The notes: generated from the letters alone by a model not told the origin. A DNA stretch of 24,162 bases from Ahniellaceae bacterium (GCA_046595765.1 JBKJSW010000120.1:1-24162), one strand, 5' to 3'. Positions 1-9,886 are shown, counted from the first letter of the stretch. Program-made: numbers and translations.

Positions 1-1
1 C

Positions 2-289
2 CGGACCTGGGGTACCCGCTACGGTGTGATCTGGGTCAATAATGGCTGCGCAGGCGACTTCGCACTGGTCGGCGGCGGCGGTGGCGTCTCAGGCGGCTAC
101 TCCGTCACCTGCAAGAGCCGCGACTACGGCTTCTCCGCGTGCGCATGGCGTCCGCAGTATGGCTATCCGCAACTGATCGAGCAGATTTCGCAGACGTCTT
201 GCGTCGAAGGCCGCAGCTGGGGCTACGACCGCACGCGCGGACTGTGGGTGGATAACGGTTGCGAAGCACGTTTCGGCACGCGCTTCTGA
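2..289 (+). CDS. DUF3011-family protein, C-terminal part (gene runs in from the left edge of the window)
   Basis: Frame is open from position 2 (RTWGTRYGVIWVNNGCAGDF...) to TGA at 287-289. It has two copies of the DUF3011-type unit 'WG....(G/I)(I/L)WV(N/D)NGC.(G/A).F' and a 'VTCKSRD' Cys motif. Confidence 0.8.
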   Translation, partial: RTWGTRYGVIWVNNGCAGDFALVGGGGGVSGGYSVTCKSRDYGFSACAWRPQYGYPQLIEQISQTSCVEGRSWGYDRTRGLWVDNGCEARFGTRF

Positions 290-309
290 CTCCTTTGCTG
301 CACTGAACG

Positions 310-342
310 CGGTCGGGCTGCGTGGCAGCCCGGCCGTTTTTT
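310..342 (+). terminator. Intrinsic terminator after the DUF3011 gene
   Basis: 12-bp stem CGGTCGGGCTGC / GCAGCCCGGCCG (one G-U pair), GTG loop, then TTTTTT, 20 nt after the stop codon. Confidence 0.8.
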
Positions 343-376
343 CGTTTTCGCGCCAGCGGATGGGCGGCTTCCGCCG

Positions 377-2893
377 TCAGGCGTTGAGTTCGCGCAGGGT
401 GGTCATCGGCGAAGCGTCGAGTACCCGGCGCGTGGCGAGGAGGCCCGCGATCACCGCGCCGGCGACGCCCAGCACCGCGCCCGTCGCGACCAGCCGCCAG
501 TCCGATTGCCAGGCAAGATCAAAAACGCGCGTGGCAATGACGCCCGCAAGGATGGACGCGGCGACTGCGGCCGTAACGCCTGCCATCAAGCCGATCGCCG
601 CAAATTCCGAAGCCTGCGCGAGCCGCAGCTGGCGACGGCTCGCGCCGAGCGCGCGCATCACCCCGCCCTCGAGCAGCCGTTCGTCCTGACTCGCGCTGAT
701 GGCGGCGAGCAACACCAGGACGCCGGCCGCGAGCGCGAAATAAAACACCACCTCCACCACGGTCGACACCTGGTTCGCCGTGGCACGCACCTGGTCGAGC
801 ACCTGGTCGACATCGATCACCGACAGATTGGGAAAGCGCGCGACCAGTTCGGCGGTGAAGCGCGGTTCCCGCCCAGGCACGCTGATCGCGGTGATGTAGC
901 TGGCTGCGAAGCCGTCGAGCGTGCCCGGCGACGCGAGCACGAAGAAGTTCGGCTGGAAGCTTTCCCAGTCGACGCTGCGCAAGCTGGTGATGGGTGCTTC
1001 CAGCCGCTGTCCCGCGACGTCGAAGGCGATGCGGTCGCCGATCTGCCAGCCGAGCCGTTCGGCGAAATCCTCCTCGACAGAAAACTGCGGCGCGGACGCC
1101 TCGCCCCCGGGCCAGAACGTGCCCGCAGTCACACGGTTGTCGGCGCGCAGCGCGGCCGCGCTCGACAGGTTGAACTCGCGTTCGGCGAATCGCTGCGCGC
1201 GCGGGTCGTCGTCGTCCGTGTAATCGGTGCCGCTGACTGCGCGCGCATTGCGCTCGATCAGGCGCCCACGCACCAATGGCCACAGCGCGGGAGGCGGCAG
1301 CCCGCGCGCCCGCACGAACGCGCGCAGGTCGTCGAGCTGGTCCGGCTGCGCGTTGATGACGAATCGGTTGGGCGCGTCGGCCGCGAGTTGCAGCTGCCAG
1401 CGATCGAGCAGCTGCGTCCGCACCAGCGTCAGCAGCAGCAGCGCCATGAGTCCGAGCCCCAGCGCCGCGACCTGCGCGACGGCGCTGCCCGTGCGTCGCG
1501 AGACGTTGGCGAGCCCGTAACGCAGCGGGCCGCGCATGCGGCTGCGCAACACGCGCACGGCGGCAATGGCGGCCAGCGCAAATAGTGCGAGCGCCAGCAA
1601 CGTCGCCACGATGCCGACCAGCATTGCGCCACCGAGCGCAGCTGAGCCGGCCTTCCACCACAGCAGCACGCCGATGCCCGCGAGGCCGGTGAGCGCGACC
1701 AGCCATGCGCCCGGCTCCGTGTTGTCGAGCTCGCGGCGCAAGACCCGCAACGGCGACACGCGCCGCAACGCAAGTACCGGCGGTGCGCCGAAGGCGAGCA
1801 GCACGATCATGCCGACTCCGAAACCCTCGATCGCCGGCAACCAGCCCGCAGGCGGGATCGAGATGCCGAGCGTGCGCGCCAGCCATGCGCCCACGACCCA
1901 CTGCAGCGCAAATGCGATTGCGACGCCGAGGCTGCCGGCCAGCAGTGCCAGCCAGAACAGTTCGCCGACGTGGATGCCGACCAGCGTGCGCTGGCTGGCG
2001 CCGAGGCAACGCATGACGGCGGCGCCCGACCTGTGCCGGTCGCTGTGCCGGCGCGCGGCCATGGCCACCGCGATTGCCGCGAGCACCACCGACACCAGTG
2101 CGGCAAGACCGAGGAAGCGTCCGGCGCGATCGAGCGCGGAGCGGATTTCCGGTCGTGCGTCTGCAGCCGTCTCCAGCTGCTGGCCGCGGACGAGTCCGGC
2201 ACGCACGCGGTCGGCGAAGCGCTCGACCGCCGCGGTCTCGCCCGCCACCACGAGGCGATAGCGCACGCGGCTGCCTTCCTGCACGAGGCCGGTGGCGCCG
2301 AGGTCCGCAAGGTTTAGGAACGCCTTCGGGGCGACGTTGAAGTAATCCAGCGCGGCGTCGGGCTCCTGCGTCACCAGCGCCACGAGCCTCAGTTTCGTGT
2401 CGCCGATACCCACGATGTCGCCGAGGTGCGCGCCCAGTCGCTCCGCGCCGGCGCGCGTCAGCCACAGCGTGCCGCGCGCCGGCACCGAACGCGCGGGATG
2501 GGCATCGGCGCCCGCCGTGTCGATTATGTCGTAGCGGCCGCGCAGCGGAAAACCCGGGCCAAGTGCGCGCAATTCGCCGAGTGCAAGCGCGTCCCCGACA
2601 CGGATCATGCTGGTGAAGTCGACGGTCTCGGACCGGCGCAACGCGAGCGACTGCGCCAGCGCAGGCCACTTGTTCTCGATCGGCGCGTCGGCGCGCAGCA
2701 CGGCATCGCCGCCAAGCAAGCGGTTCGCCTCGAGCGCCAGTGCGCGCTGTGCGCGATCGGTAACGAAGCCCACCGACGTCACCGCAACCACCGCCAGTAC
2801 CAGCGCCGCGATCAGGATGCGCACGTCACCCGCGGCGAGATCCCGACGCAACTGGCGCCAACCGAGTCGCAACGCGCTCCGCGCATCTTTCAT
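377..2893 (-). CDS. ybbP: YbbP-like ABC transporter permease (FtsX/MacB-type, two permease repeats), 838 aa
   Basis: N-terminus 'LRLGWRQLRRDLAAGDVRILIAALVLAVVAVTSV', 'LLGGDAVL', two 'A.MR.LGAS' motifs, 'LRSVDWESFQPNFF', many TM segments. ATG at 2893 overlaps the ybbA TGA (ATGA), so this start is preferred over 2938. Confidence 0.9.
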   Translation of the reverse strand: MKDARSALRLGWRQLRRDLAAGDVRILIAALVLAVVAVTSVGFVTDRAQRALALEANRLLGGDAVLRADAPIENKWPALAQSLALRRSETVDFTSMIRVGDALALGELRALGPGFPLRGRYDIIDTAGADAHPARSVPARGTLWLTRAGAERLGAHLGDIVGIGDTKLRLVALVTQEPDAALDYFNVAPKAFLNLADLGATGLVQEGSRVRYRLVVAGETAAVERFADRVRAGLVRGQQLETAADARPEIRSALDRAGRFLGLAALVSVVLAAIAVAMAARRHSDRHRSGAAVMRCLGASQRTLVGIHVGELFWLALLAGSLGVAIAFALQWVVGAWLARTLGISIPPAGWLPAIEGFGVGMIVLLAFGAPPVLALRRVSPLRVLRRELDNTEPGAWLVALTGLAGIGVLLWWKAGSAALGGAMLVGIVATLLALALFALAAIAAVRVLRSRMRGPLRYGLANVSRRTGSAVAQVAALGLGLMALLLLTLVRTQLLDRWQLQLAADAPNRFVINAQPDQLDDLRAFVRARGLPPPALWPLVRGRLIERNARAVSGTDYTDDDDPRAQRFAEREFNLSSAAALRADNRVTAGTFWPGGEASAPQFSVEEDFAERLGWQIGDRIAFDVAGQRLEAPITSLRSVDWESFQPNFFVLASPGTLDGFAASYITAISVPGREPRFTAELVARFPNLSVIDVDQVLDQVRATANQVSTVVEVVFYFALAAGVLVLLAAISASQDERLLEGGVMRALGASRRQLRLAQASEFAAIGLMAGVTAAVAASILAGVIATRVFDLAWQSDWRLVATGAVLGVAGAVIAGLLATRRVLDASPMTTLRELNA

Positions 2894-3585
2894 GCAGCCA
2901 CCTGGCGGCCGCCGTCGAGACGCAGCACGCGTCCGCAACGCTGCGCGAGAGCATCGTCATGCGTGACCAGCACCAGCGTCGTCCCGGCATCGTGGTTGAG
3001 CGAGAACAGCAATTCGATGATGGAGTGTCCTGTCTCCGTATCGAGATTGCCGGTCGGTTCGTCCGCGAAGAGCACCGAAGGACGCGTCACGAACGCGCGT
3101 GCCAGCGCCACGCGCTGCTGCTCGCCACCCGACAACTGGCGGGGATAATGATCGAGGCGTGCGTCGAGGCCGACCTTGCCCAGCATCGCGCGAGCCTGCG
3201 CAGTGGCATCGCCATCGCCACGCAACTCGAGCGGCAGCATCACGTTCTCGACGGCCGTCAGCGACGGCAGCAGCTGGAAGTTCTGGAATACGAAGCCGAC
3301 CCTGGCGCCGCGCACGCGCGCGCGCCCGTCCTCGTCGAGCGCCGACAGAGGTTCGCCTTCGAGCTCGACCGATCCTGACGTCGGCGTGTCGAGTCCCGCG
3401 AGCAGCCCGAGCAGGGTGCTCTTGCCCGACCCGGAAGCGCCCACGATGGCGATCGCCTCGCCCTTGTCCACGATGAACTCGACGCCATCAAGGATGGTCA
3501 GCTCGTGGTCGGGCAGCGCAACGCGCTTGCCGAGGTTGCGCACGTTGAGGGCCGCAAGCCGCGCCGAACCCGCAGAATGAGTCAT
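2890..3585 (-). CDS. ybbA: YbbA-like ABC transporter ATP-binding protein (LolD/MacB family)
   Basis: Walker A GASGSGKST, Q-loop VFQNFQL, signature LSGGEQQRV, Walker B VLFADEPTGNLD, H-loop VTHD. Lies between ybbP and the divergent tesA. Confidence 0.92.
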   Translation of the reverse strand: MTHSAGSARLAALNVRNLGKRVALPDHELTILDGVEFIVDKGEAIAIVGASGSGKSTLLGLLAGLDTPTSGSVELEGEPLSALDEDGRARVRGARVGFVFQNFQLLPSLTAVENVMLPLELRGDGDATAQARAMLGKVGLDARLDHYPRQLSGGEQQRVALARAFVTRPSVLFADEPTGNLDTETGHSIIELLFSLNHDAGTTLVLVTHDDALAQRCGRVLRLDGGRQVAA

Positions 3586-3618
3586 GGAGAATCCAGTGCA
3601 ATGGGTGGGAGCTATTCG

Positions 3619-4311
3619 ATGAGCTTACGTTGTGCAGTCGTGCGCCCGTGCTTTCAACCGGCCATCGGTCATGGCCTGCGCCGGCTGTGCTTGGCCGCGT
3701 GGTTGGGCTGCATGCCGCTGGCGCTGGCGGCCGCGCCTGCCCTTCCAACGCCGAAGGCCCATTCGACAACCCTGCTGGTGATGGGCGACTCGCTCTCCGC
3801 GTCCTACGGCCTGCGGCCGGCGCAGGGTTGGGTCGCGCTCACGGCCGCGCGCATGTCCACATCGCACCCGCGCTGGCGCGTGGTCAATGCCAGCGTGAGC
3901 GGCGAGACGACCGCCGGCGGCAGTGCGCGCATCGAAGCAGAGCTGGTGCGCTCGCGGCCCGCGCTGGTGCTGATCGAACTCGGAGCGAACGACGGCCTGC
4001 GCGGGTTGCCGCCTCCGCAAACGCGCGCCAACCTCGCGCGCATCATCGAAGCATCGCAGCGCGCTGGCGCCCGCGTGCTGCTGGTCGGCATGCGCCTGCC
4101 GCCCAACTACGGCCGCGATTACACCACCGCATTCGCGGACAACTACGCCGCGCTCTCCCGGCAGTACAAGGTGCCGCTGCTGCCGTTCCTGCTGGCCCCG
4201 ATCGCGCTCGATCGCACGGCGTACCTGCCCGACAACCTGCATCCGAACGCCGCCTCGCAGCCGAAGCTGCGCGACCACGTGTGGACCGCGCTCGCCCCGC
4301 TGCTGCGTTGA
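3619..4311 (+). CDS. tesA: TesA-like SGNH/GDSL arylesterase / acyl-CoA thioesterase I with signal peptide, 230 aa
   Basis: GDSLS block I, NASVSGETTAGG block II, ELGANDG block III, DNLHPN block V. ATG 3619 has GGGAG 7 nt upstream. Divergent from ybbA as in the known tesA-ybbAP locus. Confidence 0.9.
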   Translation: MSLRCAVVRPCFQPAIGHGLRRLCLAAWLGCMPLALAAAPALPTPKAHSTTLLVMGDSLSASYGLRPAQGWVALTAARMSTSHPRWRVVNASVSGETTAGGSARIEAELVRSRPALVLIELGANDGLRGLPPPQTRANLARIIEASQRAGARVLLVGMRLPPNYGRDYTTAFADNYAALSRQYKVPLLPFLLAPIALDRTAYLPDNLHPNAASQPKLRDHVWTALAPLLR

Positions 4312-4453
4312 GCGGCGACGACCGCAGGCCGGGCCGCGCACCGCGGCGGTGACGCCGAAGGTGCGCTCATCGGCGCAGGGAAAGGCTGCACGGATCCGGG
4401 GAAACCTCCAGAATCCATGGCGATCCCTGCCGTGATCCTCGCCGGAAGTCCCG

Positions 4454-5260
4454 ATGCACATCGCGTCGCTGCATATCCATTCCCTGAAATCTGCGGCGGT
4501 GCTCGACGTCGACGCGCTCGACATCGTTGCGCGCGGGCCGGTGGGCGATCGCCGCTGGATGGTCGTGGATGCCGCCAACCGGTTCATGACCGCGCGAGCC
4601 GAGGCGCGCCTGGTTTTGATCCGCGCGCTGCCGCGCGGCGACGGCTTGTTGCTGTCGACGCCTGGCCGCACTCCGCTTGAAGTATCGGCGCCGGCGGGCA
4701 CGCTGCGCATTCCGGTACGCGTCTGGAACGACGAGGTCGACGCCGCCGTGGCCGACAACGAAGCCCACGCATGGTTGAGCGAGTTCCTCGATCGCCCGGT
4801 GCGGCTGGTGCGGATGGACGCCGGAAGCCACCGCGCTGTCGACCCGGCCTACGGCGCCAACGGCGACGAGGTGAGTTTTGCCGACGGCTATCCGCTCCTG
4901 GTCATTTCGCAGTCGGCGCTCGATGCGCTCAACGCTCGGCTCGCGCGTCCGGTTGCGATGACGCGGTTTCGCCCGAACATCGTGGTCGCCGGTGCCACCG
5001 CGCATGCCGAGGACGGCTGGCGCCGGGTGCGCATCGGAAGCCTGGAGTTCGACGCGGTCAAAGCCTGCGCACGCTGCGTGTTCACCACCATCGACCCGGC
5101 CACGGGCGAACGCGACCCCGCACGCGAGCCACTGGCGACGCTCGGCACCTATCGTCGTGCCGTGGAGGGCGACGGCATCCTGTTCGGCATGAACCTCATT
5201 GCGCGCGGAACCGGCGTCGTCCGGCGCGGCGACACCGTCGAGGTGCTCGAAGCGCGATGA
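4454..5260 (+). CDS. MOSC domain-containing protein (YcbX N-terminal / mARC-like molybdoenzyme)
   Basis: MOSC_N 'GDRRWMVVD...FMTAR....LVLI', 'FADGYPLLVISQSALDALN', 'RFRPNIVV', 'EDGWRRVRIG', and the conserved C-x-R-C in 'KACARCVFTTIDPATG'. Confidence 0.88.
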   Translation: MHIASLHIHSLKSAAVLDVDALDIVARGPVGDRRWMVVDAANRFMTARAEARLVLIRALPRGDGLLLSTPGRTPLEVSAPAGTLRIPVRVWNDEVDAAVADNEAHAWLSEFLDRPVRLVRMDAGSHRAVDPAYGANGDEVSFADGYPLLVISQSALDALNARLARPVAMTRFRPNIVVAGATAHAEDGWRRVRIGSLEFDAVKACARCVFTTIDPATGERDPAREPLATLGTYRRAVEGDGILFGMNLIARGTGVVRRGDTVEVLEAR

Positions 5261-5360
5261 CACCGGCACCATTGTGAGCCGCGTCGCCTGACGCAGCATT
5301 TTCGAGGCAGTCGAACGCTTCCCGGCCAACGCCGTGCCGTCTTAAGCTCACACTTGCACC

Positions 5361-6272
5361 GTGGCGGAACAGACAGTGGCGCATCAGGATTTCCACTCGC
5401 GCGGCATGCCGACTGACGCAATCAAAGCGGCTGCGCGAGCGGCTGCAGCGCTGCTGGTCACTCTTGCCCTTTTCCTGCCGCAAGCCGTGGTGCGCGCGGC
5501 GACACGCGGCCCTGCGTCGTTCGTGCTGCCGCGGCTCTGGCACCGCGCGCTGTGCGCACTGCTCGGCATCGACGTGGTGCAGGTCGGAGAAGTCGACACG
5601 CGTCCGGGCATGGTCTACGTCGGCAACCACATTTCACACTTCGATATTTTCGTGATGGGAGCCTGCGCGGGTGCTGCGTTCATCGCCAAGGGCGAGATGG
5701 CGGGCTGGCCCGGCATGCGTCTGCTTGGGAGCATGCAGCACACGCTGTTCGTCAGCCGCAAGGCGCGCGATGCGGTCGACGTCGCGACGCGGGTGGCTGC
5801 ATCACGCCGACTCGGCCATCGCCTGGTGTTGTTCGCCGAAGGCACGACGTCGCGTGGCGACAGCGTCGCTGCCTTCAAGTCGAGTCTTTTTTCGGTGCTG
5901 ATCGACGCCGCACAAGCCGCTGATGTCGACGCTGCGGCCGGTACAGTCGATGCAACCGAACCGCGCGGCAGCGGCACGGCTGACACGAGTTCGACGCGGG
6001 CACGCGAGCGCCCGCCGGCGCACCTCCAGCCCTTCACGCTCCGCCTGCTTGGAACGGATGGCATCGCGGCGCCCGAGGGCTTTGATCCCGATCTCTATGC
6101 ATTCCACGGCGGCATGAAGGCGGGAGCACACGTCTGGCGCTTCCTGCGCTCGCGCGGCGCGCGCGTGGAAGTCGTGCTCCACCCTCCGATCGAAGTCGTG
6201 CCGGGCATGACGCGAAAGTCGCTGGCCATCGCCGCGCACACGGTGGTTGCATCGGGCCTTGGAACCCGCTGA
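5361..6272 (+). CDS. Lysophospholipid acyltransferase family protein (PlsC/OlsA-like)
   Basis: Catalytic HxxxxD in NHISHFD, 'FIAKGEM..WP', 'LFVSR', 'LFAEGTTSRG...FKSSLF'. Start could be GTG 5361 or ATG 5406. Confidence 0.85.
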   Translation: MAEQTVAHQDFHSRGMPTDAIKAAARAAAALLVTLALFLPQAVVRAATRGPASFVLPRLWHRALCALLGIDVVQVGEVDTRPGMVYVGNHISHFDIFVMGACAGAAFIAKGEMAGWPGMRLLGSMQHTLFVSRKARDAVDVATRVAASRRLGHRLVLFAEGTTSRGDSVAAFKSSLFSVLIDAAQAADVDAAAGTVDATEPRGSGTADTSSTRARERPPAHLQPFTLRLLGTDGIAAPEGFDPDLYAFHGGMKAGAHVWRFLRSRGARVEVVLHPPIEVVPGMTRKSLAIAAHTVVASGLGTR

Positions 6273-6276
6273 TTTT

Positions 6277-9200
6277 TCACCGGCAGCTCGTCGGCCCTTC
6301 CTGGTCCTCAAAGCTTGATGCGAAGACATGTGCCGGATCGGGCAGCGGCGCGGTGCCGCTGACGCGGACGTCGTCGAGGTAGAAGCCTTCCGCTTCGACG
6401 TTCGAATCCGACGTGAAGCGCCAGCGAATCATGACGGCTCGATTGGCGAATGCGGCGAGGTTCGTGGTCTTCGCCTGGAACTCATTCGCGCTGGATCCGG
6501 TGTAGGCACCCTGCGTGGCCGGGTAGCCGCACTCGTTGCCCGGCGGGTTTCCGGTCAGGGAGAGCAGTGCGGGGTAGCCGCCGTCGGGCGGCAGATCGTT
6601 CCAAGTGGCGCCGGCGTCGGTTGAAATCTCCACCACCACGCCGTCCCAGTTGGCCTCGAAGTCGTAGCGTGCCGCGTAGCCGAGCGTCGCGCCCGTCGGC
6701 ACCACGAACGGCGGCGTGGTGATCGCGGCGCAGGTGGCGGCGAGATAGTTCTGACCTTCACCGGCATTGCGATAACTGAAGGACCCTGTGGTCGCGTGCG
6801 CGTTCGAAACTCGCCATGGCGTCGCGAGCGTCATGTACGTGTTGTCGTCGACGTCGTCGAGGTAATCAACGCCCGCAGGGCCGCCGGGCCCCACCGGCGT
6901 CGCGTTGACGATGAGCGAGGGCAGGCTCCGGCTGCCGCCGCTGTCGTGCGCGGTGATGCGGTAGTAGTAGGGCTGGCCCGCGACCACTTCCGTGTCGACA
7001 TGCACATTCGCCGCGGCATCGGCGATCTGCCGCGGTCTGGAAAAGTAGGGATCGGTATCGCGTTCGACGAAGTAGCCGACGCCCGGTGCAATTGCACAGT
7101 TAGACGTGGCCGCGGACCAGTCGAGCCGCACCGAACACGACGTGTTGGTGAAATCGCGAGTCACCGACCGCGTGTCGAACGTGGGGCGACGCGTACAGTT
7201 GTCGGCGGACACGATATCGACGCACTGCGAAGCATGGCCTTCGATGTCGTTGCCGATGCCACGCACCTTGTACGCATAGACGCTGCCGCCTTCCGACATG
7301 GTGTCGACCAACGGGTTGCCGGGCCCGTGCGCGACCATGCGGAACGAGCCCCTGGCAGCCGTCCCGCACGTACCGTCCGCGCGGTACAGCTGGTACCCCT
7401 CGGTGCTGGAGCCGCGAAAGCCGACCGCAACACCGGCGGTGTCGTTGCCGATGACGCCGACCGCGGCGGGCGCGGGATTCGCCATGGCATCGGCGATGCC
7501 GAATGCGCCCGATACGACCAGTGCATAGCCCTGCCGTTCGGTGCCCTCGCGCCCGGTGCCGGGCACGTCGGTGGCCTTGACCCGCAAGGTGTAGGCACCC
7601 GCCGGTGGATCGACGATGCGGATCTGCTCGACGTTGTTGCGGGCATCGGCAATGCCACCGTTGGGCGCGGACACTCCGCCCGCAAAAACATTGCCGCGAT
7701 ACACCGCGGCGCCGCCAGGGCCGAGCACTTCCAGATCGAGATTGTTGACGAGCTTGATGCCCGCACCGGGCGCTCCTTCCGGATCAGTCCAGACCAGCGT
7801 CACGCGCAATTCCTCGCTGGCGCCGACGTTGCCCAGCGCGTACTCATGCATTTGACCGGTGGCCAGCCCCGCATCGTTCTCGCGCTCGAAGGTGCGCATG
7901 CGACGCGCGTCACCGGGGCCGCCGCCCAAAGCGCTGTCGAAATACAGCGTGTTCTCGAGAAACATGCGCCCCCACCCGAACGTCTGGGTGGGAAGCGAGC
8001 CGAGTATCGCGGTGCCGTTGAGCAGCACGGCCTTCATGAGCGCGCCGTTCGGGTCGATGGCGTCCGCAGCGGTCCGGGCACCGCGCGGATAGAAGCCATC
8101 GGCAAAATACTGACGCATGAGCGCCGCACCCCCGGCAATGGTCGGCGTGGCCATCGACGTGCCGCTGTTCGGCCTCGACGTGCCCGCCTGGATCGTGGCT
8201 GCGTTGTTGGCATTGCCCGCCGCCGACATGACCGCCACGCCCGCCGCCACGATGTCCGGCTTGAGGCGCAGGTCGCGCGTGGGGCCCCGGCTCGAGAAGC
8301 TCGCGATGTCCGTGCTGTTGCCGTGCAACGTGGCGCCCACCGTCAGCACGTTCTTGGCGTTGCCCGGCGACAGGATGCTGCCGGCCTGCGGGCCCGTGTT
8401 GCCGGCCGCCGCGGTGACGAGCAGGCTCTCCAGCTCCCAGGTCGTGACATCGGCATCGACGTCGTTGCCGTTGTAGGAGCCGCCCGCGCCACCACCCCAA
8501 CTGTTGCTGTGGATGCGCGCGCCACCGGCTGCGGCTTGCCGCAACGTGCCTGCGAAATCCTCGATGCTTAGGCAACCGGTTGCATCATCGCCGATGTCCT
8601 GGAACAGGATCTGCGCGTTCGGCGCCATGCCGTCGTCGCCGCCGGCGTCGTGCGCCGGATCGGTGGGTGAAGCGGTGACTCCGCGATCGCCGGCGACAGT
8701 GCCGACCACGTGCGTGCCGTGAAAGCCAGTAGGCGTGTTGCCCGAGCAGGATTCGTTGTTGTCGAACGCACTCGCGCCCGGTTGCACCCAGTAACCGAGC
8801 ACCTTTCGGTTGCCGTGGCTCGTGCCGATGAGCGGCAACGCAGGGAAGTCGGGATCAGCGATGCCGGTGAACACGCCGGCACCCTGGTCCAGCGCCGTGA
8901 ACCATGATTCGTTGCGGTCGAGGCCAGAGTCCGCGACCGCGACGATCTGGCCGCTGCCAACGAGATCACGGTCCCAGATCGGGCTGCCCGTTTCCGCGTT
9001 CGCCTGGATCGAAGGAAACGACTCGTCGTTCTGGAGCCGCGGTGGATCGTAGTGCGCGATCCACGCGACGCCATCGATGCGCGCCAGCAAATCCACCGCC
9101 TGCTGGAACCTGACGCTCGGCAGCCACGCCCGCAGCCGCGGATGGCGCGCATCCTCGCGCGTACTCACGATCTCGGATTCAGGGAACGATTTGCGCAAGG

Positions 9201-9693
9201 CCGCGGCGAATCGCTGCGCGGACTCGCCGGCAAAACCGAGCACCTCGAGTCGATTGCGAAATTCGGTAGCACCCGCGAACGCGGGCGTCAGGTCCGGATC
9301 GATCTTCCACTGCGCTTCGTATGCGCCTGCCCAGCGGATACTGTCGTCGCCCGCGAGCGCGTCGAGCCCATCCGGTCCCAGGCGGACGGCGTAGGCGCGG
9401 TACGGGATGAAGCTCACGATGGTGAAACCGGCCCGCTCGAGCTTCAGCCGCACGGCGTTCGCATCCGCGTCGCTCTGCAATTGCACGATCGCGTAACGGC
9501 CGTCCTTCGCGCCCGCGATCTCGGACACGGAACGCTCACGCGGATCGAAAACCCCGGCGCGCAAGTCCAGCAGATGGGCAGCACCGACCGCAGTATTCGC
9601 TTCGAACGGCGGAGTCGCGGCGATCATGCGTGCCGATGCCAGCGCGATGCCCAGCGCGATCGTCGTCAACAGCAAGCGGCGCAGGTTTAGCAT
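6277..9693 (-). CDS. Secreted S8 subtilase (KP-43-like catalytic and P/beta-barrel domains) with FN3-like domains and a C-terminal jelly-roll module, 1138 aa
   Basis: Signal peptide. Catalytic triad motifs VAVADSGLD, FHGTHVVGTVAG, SGTSMATP, oxyanion AAAGN, and 'RLKPDIVAAG'. KP-43-type 'LRVTLVWTDPEG...VNNLDLEV...NNVEQI'. C-terminal 'WDGVVVEIST.....W...RWRFTSD....GFYLDDVRV'. Confidence 0.9.
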   Translation of the reverse strand: MLNLRRLLLTTIALGIALASARMIAATPPFEANTAVGAAHLLDLRAGVFDPRERSVSEIAGAKDGRYAIVQLQSDADANAVRLKLERAGFTIVSFIPYRAYAVRLGPDGLDALAGDDSIRWAGAYEAQWKIDPDLTPAFAGATEFRNRLEVLGFAGESAQRFAAALRKSFPESEIVSTREDARHPRLRAWLPSVRFQQAVDLLARIDGVAWIAHYDPPRLQNDESFPSIQANAETGSPIWDRDLVGSGQIVAVADSGLDRNESWFTALDQGAGVFTGIADPDFPALPLIGTSHGNRKVLGYWVQPGASAFDNNESCSGNTPTGFHGTHVVGTVAGDRGVTASPTDPAHDAGGDDGMAPNAQILFQDIGDDATGCLSIEDFAGTLRQAAAGGARIHSNSWGGGAGGSYNGNDVDADVTTWELESLLVTAAAGNTGPQAGSILSPGNAKNVLTVGATLHGNSTDIASFSSRGPTRDLRLKPDIVAAGVAVMSAAGNANNAATIQAGTSRPNSGTSMATPTIAGGAALMRQYFADGFYPRGARTAADAIDPNGALMKAVLLNGTAILGSLPTQTFGWGRMFLENTLYFDSALGGGPGDARRMRTFERENDAGLATGQMHEYALGNVGASEELRVTLVWTDPEGAPGAGIKLVNNLDLEVLGPGGAAVYRGNVFAGGVSAPNGGIADARNNVEQIRIVDPPAGAYTLRVKATDVPGTGREGTERQGYALVVSGAFGIADAMANPAPAAVGVIGNDTAGVAVGFRGSSTEGYQLYRADGTCGTAARGSFRMVAHGPGNPLVDTMSEGGSVYAYKVRGIGNDIEGHASQCVDIVSADNCTRRPTFDTRSVTRDFTNTSCSVRLDWSAATSNCAIAPGVGYFVERDTDPYFSRPRQIADAAANVHVDTEVVAGQPYYYRITAHDSGGSRSLPSLIVNATPVGPGGPAGVDYLDDVDDNTYMTLATPWRVSNAHATTGSFSYRNAGEGQNYLAATCAAITTPPFVVPTGATLGYAARYDFEANWDGVVVEISTDAGATWNDLPPDGGYPALLSLTGNPPGNECGYPATQGAYTGSSANEFQAKTTNLAAFANRAVMIRWRFTSDSNVEAEGFYLDDVRVSGTAPLPDPAHVFASSFEDQEGPTSCR

Positions 9694-9805
9694 CTGAATT
9701 TCCGGACCTTGTCCAAGTCACTCTACCGGCGGGTAGTGAAGGGGACGCGACCCTTGAAGATGACCCCATCCGTGTGAACCGTTCCGGCTGCGGTGAGGGC
9801 TTTCA

Positions 9806-9839
9806 GCAAAAACCCGATGCGCTCGCGCGCATCGGGTTT
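9806..9839 (-). terminator. Intrinsic terminator downstream of the 969-aa gene
   Basis: Perfect 13-bp inverted repeat AAACCCGATGCGC / GCGCATCGGGTTT (9810-9839) with a GCGA tetraloop on the minus strand. The stem base runs into TTTTT. Confidence 0.75.
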
Positions 9840-9860
9840 GGTTGCATGACGCAATCAGCC

Positions 9861-9886
9861 CCGTCATCCGCTGATGCGAATGACGG
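9861..9886. other. Second stem-loop between the 969-aa gene stop and its terminator
   Basis: CCGTCATCCGC-TGAT-GCGAATGACGG, 10 of 11 pairs, no U-tract on the minus strand. Confidence 0.45.

Noticed and set aside
3586-3618. Only 33 bp between the divergent ybbA and tesA starts
   Set aside because: Tight divergent tesA/ybbA packing is a known conserved arrangement, not a novelty.
4351-4380. CGCCGAAGGTGC resembles part of a glycine riboswitch aptamer
   Set aside because: The GGAGA and CTCTCAGG elements are missing, and the downstream gene is not glycine-related.
4454-4492. MOSC N-terminus reads LHIHSLKS where homologues usually have a (Y/H)P.KS motif
   Set aside because: A single substitution outside the catalytic C-x-R-C, which is intact. 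No basis for calling a pseudogene or a new function.
5324-5347. GGCCAACGCCGTGCCGTCTTAAGC resembles an attC half-site
   Set aside because: The spacing is wrong, there is no partner arm, and it lies among core genes. Likely chance.
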